Positions 52,310 to 64,000 of a stretch of 64,000 nt of DNA are shown in pieces. The notes under the pieces were generated by a model. The model did not search any database. It was not told where the DNA came from and was given only the letters and a program-made list of their open reading frames with translations. Both the position numbers and the translations under genes were made by a program. Origin of the DNA: Vicugna vicugna (taxonomy: Eukaryota); NCBI GenBank assembly GCA_013265495.1, contig MU058718.1:1116001-1180000 (forward strand), given 5' to 3'. Positions within the stretch are counted from its first letter, which is position 1. The number at the start of each line of letters is the position of its first letter.

Positions 52310-52715
52310 GTGTTCAACTTATAAAACTAGGAAATAAATAAATTAAAACTTGAAGAAAGGTATAATAAAGATGAAAGCAAATACATTTTTCTTTTAAAGT
52401 ATAAAAACCATGAAAAAATGTTAGTAATAAAATCAGGAGGACATAAATTGAAAAGACTTATGAAATAGAAAGGCTTTTGCTACCACTTAGAGTTTAACAG
52501 AAAGAAAGAACAACAAATATATTTGGAGTGAGAAAGGCAACAAAATAGCAAAAAGGAAAGAATTATTTGAGAAATCTATCTACAAAAGTATACAAATAAA
52601 CTTGAAAATCTTGATGAAATGTATAGTTCTCTAGGTAATTATAAATTACAGAATTGACCAAAGGTGTAAGAAAGTCTGAAATGGGCTAGTTAAGGAATAA
52701 AATGATTCTCAGTGA
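52310..52715 (+). mobile_element. Very old L1ME ORF2 fragment
   Basis: aaataaacttgaaaatcttgatgaaatgtatagttctctagg..aattgaccaa. Confidence 0.65.
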
Positions 52716-55700
52716 AGATCACAAAAGGTAGAAAAAGTGCAAAAGACAAAACAACAAGGGCAACAAATTGGAAACAGTAGTAAATATGGTGGATGTTAAA
52801 TCAAGTATATCAATAATCACTTTAAATGTCAGTTGTCTCAATATTCCAGTTAAAAGACAAATTTTCAGAATAGGTCAAAAGCAAGACCCAAATATATATT
52901 GTCCATAAGAAACCCACTTCAAATAAGAAGACACATAGAGATTGAAAGGAAAGGGATGGACAAAGATATACTATGCTAACACTAATCAAAAGAAAACAGG
53001 AATAACTATTTTTAATTTCAGACAGAGCAGACTTCAGAGCAGAGAAAGTTCTCAGGGATAAAAATGTCAGTACTCCAACAAGACATCACAGTCTTTATGT
53101 GTATGTGCCTAACAACAGAACATCGAAGAACACGAGGCAAACACTGATAGTAATGCAAGGAGAAACAGATGAAGCCACTATTATAGTTGGATATTTTAAC
53201 ACCCTTCTATCAGAAATGGATAAACCCAGAAGGCAGAAAATCAGTAAGGACATAGTTGAACTCAACAGCACCATCAATCAACTGGTTATAATTAAGATCT
53301 ACAGACTATTTCATCCAGCAGCAGCAGATTACACATTCTTCTCAAACTCTTATGGAACATCACTAAGATATACTTCATTTGGGGCCAAAAACCACAACTT
53401 AACAATTGTAAAGAATAGAATTCATACAGTGTCTGCTTTCAGATCATAATGAATTAAACTAGAAATCAATAATAGAAAAGTGGAAAATCCTAAAATACTT
53501 AGAGATTAAGTAACACACTTCTAAATAATACATAAGTCAAAGGAGAAATCCCAAGAGAAATTTTAAAATACTTTGAACTGAATTAAAATGAAAATACAAC
53601 TTATCAAAATTTGTGGGATGCAGTGAAAACAGTGCTTTACGAGGAAATTTATAGCAGTGAATGCATATGTTAGAAAGAAGAAAGATCTAAAATTAATGGT
53701 CTAAGCTTCTACCTTAGGCAACTAGAAAAAGAAAAGAGATTAAATCAAATGTAAGCAGAAGAAATAATAAAAAAAATTAGAGCAGAAATCAATGAAATTA
53801 AAAATAAGAAATCAATAAAGAAAACCAACAAAACCCAAACTGGTTCTTTGGAAAGATCAATATAATCAATATAAGCCTCTAGCCAAGCTAACAACAAAGG
53901 AAAAAAAACACAAATTATTGATATCAGTGATGAAAGGAGAGACATCACTATAAATCCTGTGCAAATTAAAAGGCTAAGAAAGAAAAAGGTTATGAATAAC
54001 TCTATGCCCATAAACTTAATAACCAAGATGAATTGGATCAATTCCTTGAAAGACACAATCTACCAAACTCACGCAAGAAACAGATGATCTGAATAGGCCT
54101 ATATCTGTTAAAGAAATGGAATCAACAATTAATAACATTTCAAAAGAGAAAACACCAGAACCAGGTGAGTTCACTGGTGAATTCTACCAAATATTTAAGG
54201 AAGAAATAAGAACAATTCTCTACAATTTCTTCCAGGAGATAGAAGCAGAAAGAATACTTCCTAACTCATTCTATGAGGCCAGCATTACCCTAATACCAAC
54301 ACTGGACAAAGGCATTACAAGAAAAGAAGAGTGCAGACCAGTATCTCTCATGAAAAGAGATGTAAAAATCTTTAACAAATTATTAGCATCTCAAATACAA
54401 CAATGTATAAAAAGAATTATACACCATGATCAGGTGAGGTTTATTACAGGTATGAAAGGCTTGTTCAACAATCAAAAATCAATTGATGTAATCCATCACT
54501 TCAACAGACTAAAAGAGAAAAACCGTAAGATTATATCAATAGATGCAAAAGAGGCATTTGATAGACTCCAACACCCATTTGTGATAAAAACTCAGCAAAG
54601 TGGAATAGAGAGGAACTTCTTCAAATGATAAGGACATCTACAGAAAAAACCCTACAGCTAACATCATACTTAATGGTAAGAAACGCAAACATTTTCTGCT
54701 AAGATTGGGAACAAGGCAAGGATATCCTCTCCCACCTTGCTTTTCAACATCTTACTAAAAGTCCTAGCTAATGCAATAAAACAAAGAAAGGAAATAAAAG
54801 ATTGGGAAGGAAGTCATAAAACTGTATTTGTTTGCAGATGACATGATCTTCTATGTAGAAAATTTAGAAGAATTTACCAAAAAATTCCTGAAACTAATAA
54901 GCGATTATTGGAGGGTTGTAGTATACAAGGTTAATGGGCAGAAGTCAATCACTTTCCTATATATACCAACAATGAATAAATGGAATTTGAAATTAAAAAC
55001 AAAATATTACTTACAGTAGCACCCTCCTCAATACTTAGGTATAAATCTCACAAAATTTGGACATGGTCTATAGGAAGAAAACTACAAAACTCTGATGAAA
55101 GATACCAAAGAAGAACTAATTAAATGGAGAGATATTCCAAATTCATGGATAGGAAGACTTGATTTTGTCATGACGTCAGTTTTTTCCAACCTGATCTATA
55201 GATTAATGAAATCCCAATCAAAACTCTAGCAAGTTAATTTGTGGATATCAACAAACTGATTCTAAAATTTATGTGAAGAGGCAAAAGACTTAGAAAAGGC
55301 AACCGAACATTGAAGGAGCACAAAGTCAGAGGCCTGACATTACCTGACTTCAAAACGTAACATAAGGCTACAGTAATCAAGGTGGTATGGTATTGGTGAA
55401 AGAATAAACAAATAGGACAGTGGAACAGAAGAGACCAGAATAGATCCACATAAAAGTAGTCTACTGATCTTTGACAAAGGAGCAAAGGCAATCAGTGAAG
55501 CAAAGAGTCTTTTCCACAAATGGTGTTAGGCATCCACATGCAAAAAAATGAATGTAGACACAGACTTTCAGAAGACTTAAAACAGATCGTTGACCTAAAT
55601 GTAAAACACAGAACTATAAAAATCCTAGAAGGTTACATAGAAAAAAGTCTAGGTACCTTGGGTGTGGCAGTGACTTTTTAGAAAAAAACACCAAAGGCAT

Positions 55701-56620
55701 GAACCATGAAGAAATCATTGTTATGCTGGACTTCATTAAAATGAGAAACTTTTGCTCCAAGACAATGTAATCTGAAGCCACAGACTCTCCAAGGCACAGA
55801 CTAGGAGAAAATGTTTGCAAAAGACACATCTGATAAAGGATTATTATCCAAAATATACAAAGAACTCTTAAAACTCAACAATAAGAAAATGAACAACCCA
55901 ATTAAAAAATGGGCAAAAGATCTGAACAGACACCACACCCAAACAAAACATACAGTTGGCAAAAGAAACATGAAAAGACAGTCCACATCATATGTCAGTA
56001 GAGAATTACAAATTAAAACAATAATGAGCTATTACTACACACCTAATAGAATGGCCAAAATCCAAAACAGTGACAGTATCAAATACTGATGAGAATGTAG
56101 AGTAACAGAAACTCTCATTCCTTGCTGGTGGGAATGCAAAATGGTGTAGCCGCTTAGGAACACAGTTTGGCAGTTTCTTACAAAACTAAACATACTCTTA
56201 CCATATGATCCAGTAATTGTGCTCCTTGGTATTTACCCAAATGAATTGAAAACTTATTTCCACACAAACTCCTGCACATTGATATTTATAGCAGCTTTAC
56301 TTATAATTGCCAAAACTTGGAAGCAACTAGGATGTCCTTCAGTAAGTGAATGGACAAACTGGTACATCTAGACAACGGAATAGTAATTGGCATTAAAAAA
56401 AAAAGTCAATCTGAAAAGGCTATATACTGTGTGATTCCAACTATATAATATTCTGAAAAAGGCAAAATTAAAGAGATAGTAAAAAGATCAGTGGTTGGTA
56501 GGGTCTGGGGGGCAAGGGGAAGGGTGAATAGGTGGAGCACAGAGGATTTTTAGGGTAGTGAACATACTTTGTATGATGCCATAATGTCTGGTATGTCATT
56601 ATACATATGTCCAAACACAT
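52716..56620 (+). mobile_element. L1MC1/2-like LINE-1, nearly complete decayed ORF2 and partial 3'UTR
   Basis: EN remnant YVPNNR..TIIVGYFNTLLSEMD (53099); RT PNSFYEASITLIP..IHHDQV..ISIDAKEAFD (54116), FADDMIFY (54828); 3'UTR aatctgaaaaggctatatactgt..gaataggtggagcacagaggatttttaggg. Confidence 0.93.
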
Positions 56621-57790
56621 TGACATTATTTTCAATTAAATGATCATCTACTTCAAAAATCTAAGTAAATAATCAGCGTGAGTTTAGTAATAGCCATGGG
56701 CAAATTTTATGCACAGAAAAATCAGTGTATTTAAAAATGAATATTCAATTTACTAAGGTAAGAAGCTTTAAAATTTAATTCTCTCTACTTCTTAAAATTC
56801 AGCTTACAAATCTTATTTTTCTTTTTATAAGTATAGTTAAGAAGAATCACCTTAGTTTAAAAAATTAATATTTGAGTAATAAGTAATAGACTAAATTCTT
56901 TAAAAACTAGTCCTATTCACAACTTACATTCTCTTAAAGGAAATAAAATGCACTTATAACTTTGATAAATTTAACTTTCTTCAAAGCTTTAAAAATGCCT
57001 ATTTCACTAAGCAAAACCTTCCCAAATACTTATACAACTCTTATAAATCTAATAAATTGAACCTGTAAGTAGAATGTAGTTCACAATATTCCAATATTGT
57101 TTACAGATTTAGTCAAATTCTCTTACATGTTTCAAAATAAAGCCCTAATTCTAAAGTCAGTTATTTAGCTACAGATTTCAAACTGAAATCACTAGGCTCA
57201 TCTGTCAGATAACCTAGTGTCAAATCGAAATCCATATTTACCCAAATTATCCTAAATGTAACACAAAAGTATCAATGATTTGAGTTTGATTTCCTTTAGA
57301 ATATATTAAATTCTATACTCCCATGAGATTGGAAACATAGTACTTGCAAGGGGAGTTTACCATTCCTAGCAAGATGGTTTTATCGTCTTAAGTTGAGCAT
57401 AGGGTAAGAGATCAGAACCTGTATATCCAGCATGATTCTCCACTCATCACCAATAGACACCATAAGCTCATTTTACTGTTGCTATGACAACAGGGAGTCC
57501 AAGTATAACCCTTCAAATAGGATTCATTTCTCTTGGGTTACAATTTACAATTTACCCAATTCTTCCACCTGATTTATGTCTGCAGCCTCCCACTGAGGTT
57601 GCTGAAAACTGTTCATCTAATCTCTTTACTGCCTGATTGAATCTTGTATTCTTTACATATTCCTTCTCCCTGGTTGGATGTAAGATCTTATATATATCAA
57701 AGGATATTTGAATATATCTCACACCTTTGGCTCTGAGGTCAAAACATCAAAGTCATACTAATGAGAATCTCCAGAGAGGAGCAAAGACAA
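56621..57790 (-). other. Unexplained non-repeat insert; possible decayed retrocopy fragment (CDS end + 3'UTR)
   Basis: No repeat similarity recognised; 64 open codons on minus strand 57746-57555 then TAA and ~930 bp AT-rich sequence. Confidence 0.25.
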
Positions 57791-57794
57791 TCAA

Positions 57795-59400
57795 CAAAAG
57801 GAATGTTTAATATAATGGCTGGATGTAAGATATTTGTAGAATCTCTATGCCAGCCATTAGGAAATGTAATAGCAAAAGCAACAAAAAAAATTATAAAATG
57901 CCAAGAATAAATCTATCAAGAAATATGTAAAACCTATATAAAAATACTTTATTCAGAGACATAAAAGAAGACCTCAATAAATGAAGATGGAAATTGTGTT
58001 TCTGATTGGGAGGGCTTAACACTGTAAAGCTGTCATATCAGTCTCAAATTAATAAATTCAATGACATTCAAATTTTTATGAAATTTGAAAAGTGATTCTC
58101 AAACACACCAGAATGAAAAAAAATAGGAATGAGAAAAAGGAGTGTAACTTAACCTATCCAATATCAAAGTATTCTATAAAGCTATAGTCATTAAAGTAAT
58201 ATAATATTAGTTCCTATAGTATTAAGGGAACAGTTGAACAGAATAGAAAATCTCCAGACTAATAAATCAATTGGAATTTGGTATCTAATAAAAATATATT
58301 TCTAACCAAAGAAAGAAGAGTGAACTGTCAGCAAATGGTGTTAGAACAATTTGGAAAAATATAGATATCTACTTTACAATAATTCCAAATGAAGTTAAAA
58401 CTTCAACTTGAGAAACAAAATTTCAAAAGTATTAGAAGGAAGGATGGGGAAATATTGCATTGGGGTAAGGTCTTAAGCAACACACAAAATCTAGACTCCT
58501 TAAAGGAAAAAAAAAATCACTTCTTTTTCCAATAAAATATAAAATTCTCCTCAAAGACACCATTTAAAAAATTAAAAATAAAACACAAATGATAGACTGA
58601 AATGAAAATATTTGTAAACATCTAATTAACAAATAGTATCCACAACATTAAAACATCCTATCCACAAAAATACAAAAAAAAAAAAGATGAACAACCCAAT
58701 TGAAAAATGGGGAAAGAATATGAATAGGCTGTTAACAGCAGAAAAGCACAAATGATCCACAAACATAAAAAGATGGTCAGCCTTGCTTCTCATGAGGGAA
58801 ATGCAAAGAATAACAACATTGAGAAGTCTTTTGTTTTTTTTTTAACTCAGCAGATTGGAAAAAATTTACAAATTGATAATATCCAGCATTACCAAGAGTA
58901 TGAGGAAGCAAGTGTCATCAGAGTGCCTTGGTAGAAATGTAAACTGGTAATGTCTTTTTGGCAGTTATCTGTCTACATTTAAAATGGATCTTTGACTTGA
59001 TAATTCCATTTCTAGGATTCTATGTTGAAGAAATATTTGCACCTGCAAACAGATGTTGAAAAAAATTCCTTTGTATCACTTTGGTAAAAAGTTAAATACC
59101 ATTTAGTGTCCATCAGTAGAAATGTGGCTGGATAAATTATGAGATATTACTATTATGTGCACTCATTAAAAAGCAAAACACATAGCTCAGTCAAAACAAA
59201 TGTTATTGATTTACATATTGTGAACCCATTAAAAAAGCAAACTCCAAAATATATATGGCTACTTGTCCATATATTTATGTGAATGTATAGAGAAAGGACT
59301 GCAAAGTTACAGGCCAGATTGCTGACTTTGAGTTATCCTTTGGGAGGGGAGTTGGGATAGGATTTTGGAGAAGAGGTAATTTTGTTGTTACCTGGCTCCT
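57795..59400 (+). mobile_element. L1ME ORF2 3' half and 3'UTR, very decayed
   Basis: agacataaaagaagacctcaataaatg; aacaacccaattgaaaaatgggg..atgaatagg; aattccatttctagga. Confidence 0.8.
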
Positions 59401-60376
59401 TTAATTCAAAAGCTTTTTAGCTATCATAGCTTTTAGTTAAATCATAAAATAACCTCCTTGTTTCTCTTGGATTTTTCTCCTTTAGTTACCTCTGATTCCT
59501 TTAGTGGGTGCTGCAGACGAGGGGCGAGGTCTGGAAGGACATGCAACGTTTGGAATTGTTCCCCCATCTTGGCAACTTTGAGGATTGTCATGCTTTAGTT
59601 TATTTACCCATGTATCGTCATTCATTCTGTAAATTGTATGGTAATCAAGCTAGACGCATGGTGTGTTAACATGTATTTATCAGACCTTGCCTCACTCCCA
59701 TAATCTGGATGAAAATCTGGGCTGATCCTATTACTTCACTGATCACTCAGGAAAAAAGAAATTTTACAGTCACTTGCGTCATAAACACAGCCTCAATTTA
59801 GTAATTAACTTTTCAGTCTTACATAATAAAACTTTGAAATTGTGGAATGTTAAATCATCTCTCCTCCTCCAGTTGAGTCCTGCTTCCTGCTGACCCTTCA
59901 GAGTGGAAGAGGAGTCTCTGTCCTTTTCTTCTTCCCGGCACAGCGGCCCAGCGTTTCTCCTCCTCTCTCCACTTACTGAGCAGAGTCCCTAAGCAGTGGG
60001 ACGGAGGAGGAGAGGGGGTTAGGAAAGCAGGAACGCTTGACTGCTGCTGTCATAAGCTGACTTTCCCCTCTTTGGACCTTGTAGGTTCTTCTGGGGGCTC
60101 CCTTGCAGGGCCTCTTCAGGCTCAGCTCCCTACATGGGGACAGTGTCCCTTCTTTGGCTGCCCACTTGGCCTCTGCCTCCTCCCACCCCCTTCTCAGCTC
60201 TAGCAGGAGCTTACTTAGACAGGGCGGAGTCCCCTTTTTAACAATCCCAGGACATCGTTCTTCTGTGGGCTTCACACAGTTTGGGGGCTCTCATAGCACT
60301 GGCTTGCTCCCAGAGGGACCAGCAGGTATTTCCGTGCTCCACTGGCTGTTACTCAGCCTATTGCCTTTTCTCGCTT

Positions 60377-60990
60377 ATTTATTATTATTTTTTATTGAAA
60401 TATATTCAGTTTACAATGTTGTGTCAATTTCTGGTGTACAGCATAATGTTTCAGTCATACATATACATACATATATTCTTTTTTGTAATAGGTTACTACA
60501 AGATATTAAATATAGTTCCCTGTTCTATACAGTATAAACTTGTTGTTTTATCTATTTTACATATAGTAGTTAGTATCTGCAAATCTCGAACTCCCAATTT
60601 ATCCCTTCCCACCTCCTTTCCCCCTGGGTAACCATAAGTTTGTTTTCTATGTCTGTGAGTCTGTTTATGTTCTGTAAATAAGTTCGTGTCTTTTTTTTAG
60701 ATTCGACATAAGTGATATCATATGGTATTTTTCTTTCTCTTTCTGGCTTACTTCACTTACAATAACAATCTCCAGGTCCATCAATGTTGCTGCAAATGGC
60801 ATTATTTTATTCTTTTTTATGGCTGAGCAGTATTTCATTATCTATTTATATATATCTCTCACAGCTTCTTTATCCAGTCATCCACTGATGGACATTTAGG
60901 TTGTTTCCATGTCTTGGCTATTGTAAATAGTGCTGTTATGAATACTGGGGTGCATGTGTCTTTTAGAATTAAGAGTTCCCCCTGGATATA
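60377..60990 (-). mobile_element. Lineage-specific L1 3' end (same subfamily as 7801-11853)
   Basis: (tta)/T tail then attgaaatatattcagtttacaatgttgtgtcaatttctggtgtacag; imperfect TSD cttttctcgctt / cttttctgcct. Confidence 0.95.
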
Positions 60991-61829
60991 CTTTTCTGCC
61001 TCACAACTTCCAGAAACACATGCCAAGCTCTCCAGATGCTCCCTTTGGAGCCCCTCTCACTAGAATTAGGACAAGGGACAGCACTATTCTGTGTCTCCAC
61101 TGTTTGGAGGAGGGCTAAGCAGTGGGAGCCACAGACAGAAGTGGACGCCAAAAAATTCTCTTCCCAAGAGCTCCCATAAAGTTACTTTCAAGTGATGGAT
61201 CCCAAACTCCAATGAGTCTGACCTTCATGAAGGCCTTATCTCTGCCCTTTTAAGTGGTCACTGAGGGTGAAAATTCAGAGTTGAGAAGTTCTCATCATTT
61301 TCTTTAAGTGTTTAATTCGTGGTCTGTACCTTCTGTTGGAATTCCCTTTCTATCGTATCTTGGTGCTGCAGTAGAAATTTTCAAATTAACATTCTGTTTC
61401 CATTCATTTGCTTGTTTGTTGATTTGCAGACAATTTATTGAACATCTTTATATGCCACATACAGCTACAGTGATGACTCATCTGAAAACTTTATCTTCTA
61501 TGAGCAAGGAAGAAAACAAACGAAAAAGATGGTTTATCTTCAGTCTGTGATTAGGGACCCAAGTTCAGAAATGTCATTTGTTCTTTCCCCCTACTTTTGC
61601 TTTGTTTTGTTTTCTTGGAGCAGGAGCTCTTGTACCACAAAATGCCTTTGGATTAGCCTTGATCAAAACATTCACTCCTGAACAAAGGAAGGAATGAAGA
61701 ACTGGCATCTTTTCATAGCACACACTAAGCTTGGGAATCATGAGTAAAAATTTTGCTGATTGAGCAGCAACACCTGTAGTATGAAGTTTTGAAACATCGA
61801 TTTGAATCCTAGTTTCACTATAGGGCAGG

Positions 61830-62445
61830 AGGAATTGGGGAATGAAGAGTTTTGTGTAGGATGTGATATTTATATGAGACATAGTAGGGATGTATATAAG
61901 GCCATTAAAGATGGTATTCTGGACCAGTGGTTCTCAAATATCACTAAGCATCAGAAGTACCCACAGGGCTTGTAGAACAGATTGCTGGGCTCACCCCGAG
62001 TTTCTGATTAAGAAGGTTCTGATAGGGCCTGTGAATTTGCATTTCTAACAAGTTCTCAGGTAATACTGATGCTGCTGGTCCAGGGTTCTCATTTTAAGAA
62101 CCACTGGTCTAGAGAAAGGCTCTTTTTAAGACTCGAAGTCATCAGCAAGAAGATAATCTTTAAACCCATGGGAATAGATGAGATGACCTAATGAGGCTGT
62201 GCAGAGAAGCAGAAGAAGGCTTCAGATTAAGTTTTGAGGAGGGATAGAGAAGAAAGACCCAATAAAGGCAGAATCAGAGGAGTATACAGAAAACTAAGAG
62301 AGCATGGAGTATCAGAAGCCAGAGGAGTTGAGGGCTTTAGGTACAGATTGACTGAACATGACAGTACTGTTGAGAAATAGAGTAAGAACAGGGCAGTGAA
62401 GTGTCCATCAATTTATCAATATTAAAACCACTATCAAGATCCAGT
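61830..62445 (-). mobile_element. L2 fragment split by MER5A
   Basis: ttaaacccatgggaatagatgagatgacc..agagcatggagtatcagaagccagag..gaagtgtccat. Confidence 0.7.
61925..62106. mobile_element. MER5A hAT-Charlie MITE, full length
   Basis: TIRs cagtggttct / agaaccactg; 8-bp flanks ttctggac / gtctagag resemble the NTCTAGAN target; gaatttgcatttctaacaagttctcagg. Confidence 0.93.
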
Positions 62446-62590
62446 ACAATAGCTCACTGAATCCTTCATAAATCCCATCAGAGGAGTAGTGTTAGCTCCA
62501 TGTTATAGTTAAGGAAAGTGAGGCTCAGAGATTATACCATTTGTTAGGGCAGCAAAGGACCTAAAGCCCAGATTTGTTCTGCTAACATCT
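62445..62590 (-). mobile_element. MIR relic
   Basis: aaggaaagtgaggctcagagatta. Confidence 0.6.
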
Positions 62591-62899
62591 TACGGAATGC
62601 AAAGCTTGCTGCATTCTCTGCTTGCTGCTGAAATCCCCAAGGCAAGTTAACCTTTGGCAAAACCTTAAAGTAGGTATTCTGCTCATTCCCCCCTAAGGCA
62701 TCCAGTACCCTTTGGCTGCTCCCAGACAACTTGCAGTGATGCTCCATCCCCTCATGTTCACCTGCCATTGGATTAACTCCCTGTGCCTCCCGACCTTCTC
62801 ATCTGCTTTCCATATTCAAGACCAGCTTGGACCTCATTCCTTGGTAATGGCACAAGTCCATCTGTGATAAAATGATAATGGTTAAAAGTGGATGCTAAT

Positions 62900-63081
62900 T
62901 GGTGGTATGCAGGAAAGGTTTAACAACCAGCTTTCTGAAGGGGAAAAAAGTCCTGATTTGCAGCATTTTAAGGCCCTAAATGATTTCAAGCTACCAGTGA
63001 TGTGAACATAGAGTTGGGACAAGATGCACATAGTTGGCTCTCTTAAGTCACTGTGAGCTGATTCCAGCATCACACCGCTGG
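62900..63081. mobile_element. MER63-like hAT-Blackjack MITE
   Basis: ggtggtatgcagga..gatttcaagctacca..gagttgggacaagatgcaca..ccagcatcacaccgctgg. Confidence 0.8.
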
Positions 63082-63299
63082 AATGATTTAAAATGTTGAT
63101 TTTCATGTTGCATATTTCCATTCTACACACAGCCTTCTGGAGACAATGTCTTAACCACAAGTTGTGGGAACTTCAGGCCATCTGCCCAGCCAGTGCAGGG
63201 AGGTTTCAGAAACAGAGAGGCCTGTGTGCAGCCTTTAACCCATACCTTGAAGGCTGTCACCTGCTTCCTTGTTGTCTGATCTAGCCTAGGAGCACAGGG

Positions 63300-64000
63300 A
63301 ATGTCAGTTTAAAAACTGGCATTCATATCCCTCTTTGGTTTCCAGGGTTCAAGAATGTTCTTTTATGAGGATTACAGGCTTGTTCTTTGGTGTCAGCAGG
63401 CGTTTATGATGGCTGTAGCAGGAATGAGAATTTGGGTCTGGAATAAGCCTCGCTGTTTCTTGCCAGGCTGCAAAGGTTCACAGTGGAGACCAGACATATG
63501 TCTTACTCACGCCCATACGCTACTCTGTTTCCGGAATCAGAGGAGGCGGCCACATCCTCATACAGGCAGGAGTGGCTGCTGAGGGCTCAGTCCCCAGACA
63601 CGAGGGAATTTTAACTTCCTCATGTAACTTCCATTTGCTCTCACCCTTTTATTCCTAAAAGCACAGGCTGCAGAAGTGGTCTCCTGGGAGTTATGTGATG
63701 TGATATTGCGGCGGATAGTGTTGTAACGTTACCTCACACCACTTAGTGGGGAGGGGACTGAGTTGGTGGGGAGCAGGGACAAGTGGGAGGAAGCAGGGGC
63801 CTTATTGGGAAGAGGATGGGAGCAGCGAGAGCTAGAATTTGGCACTACCGATGTGGAAGGCGGAAAACACGGCTGTGAGATGGGTTGAAAGAGGTGTTTC
63901 TTTGCAGTCTGATTTTATGACTGTGTGTTTTGCAAGTGGATATGGTTAACTTGGGAACAAACTCGTTTAGGCTCAAGGTCGTTTTTGGAGTTGGCAGATA
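63300..64000. promoter_or_regulatory. G-rich, CpG-retaining unique segment; candidate promoter/enhancer
   Basis: Many CpGs relative to window; ETS-like tttccgga ~63528 and aacttcc repeats; ggcggaaaa ~63859; G-runs 63747-63825. Confidence 0.4.

Noticed and set aside
60103..60537. 144-aa ORF
   Set aside because: Non-ATG start and runs into an antisense L1 tail

Overview
AT-rich, CpG-depleted eutherian genomic DNA, intergenic or deep intronic. I estimate that more than half is transposable-element debris. I recognise no protein-coding exon, RNA gene or CRISPR array. The ORF-track hits are decayed LINE-1 ORF2 pieces, ERV-L pol pieces, their antisense shadows or chance ORFs. The young L1 3' ends and the apparent lack of Alu, Bov-B/Bov-tA, PRE-1, CAN or ERE SINEs suggest a camelid-like artiodactyl (inference from memory, not a search). 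Main structures: (1) an old minus-strand L1M at ~3.0-12.1 kb carrying two younger L1 insertions, one with a 274-bp tandem duplication; (2) an ancient ERV-L provirus with LTR16-type LTRs at ~19.1-26.4 kb, with an L1 inside an L1 inside it; (3) an L1 cluster at ~50.3-59.4 kb containing an LTR-less ERV-L pol fragment and an unexplained 1.15-kb non-repeat insert with a decayed reading frame; (4) many MIR, L2, MLT1 and hAT relics; (5) repeat-free islands (~15.1-17.4, 39.0-40.45, 59.5-60.4, 63.1-64.0 kb) that look regulatory. I found no convincing new biological system; the leads below are modest. Repeat family names are by eye and boundaries of old repeats are approximate.
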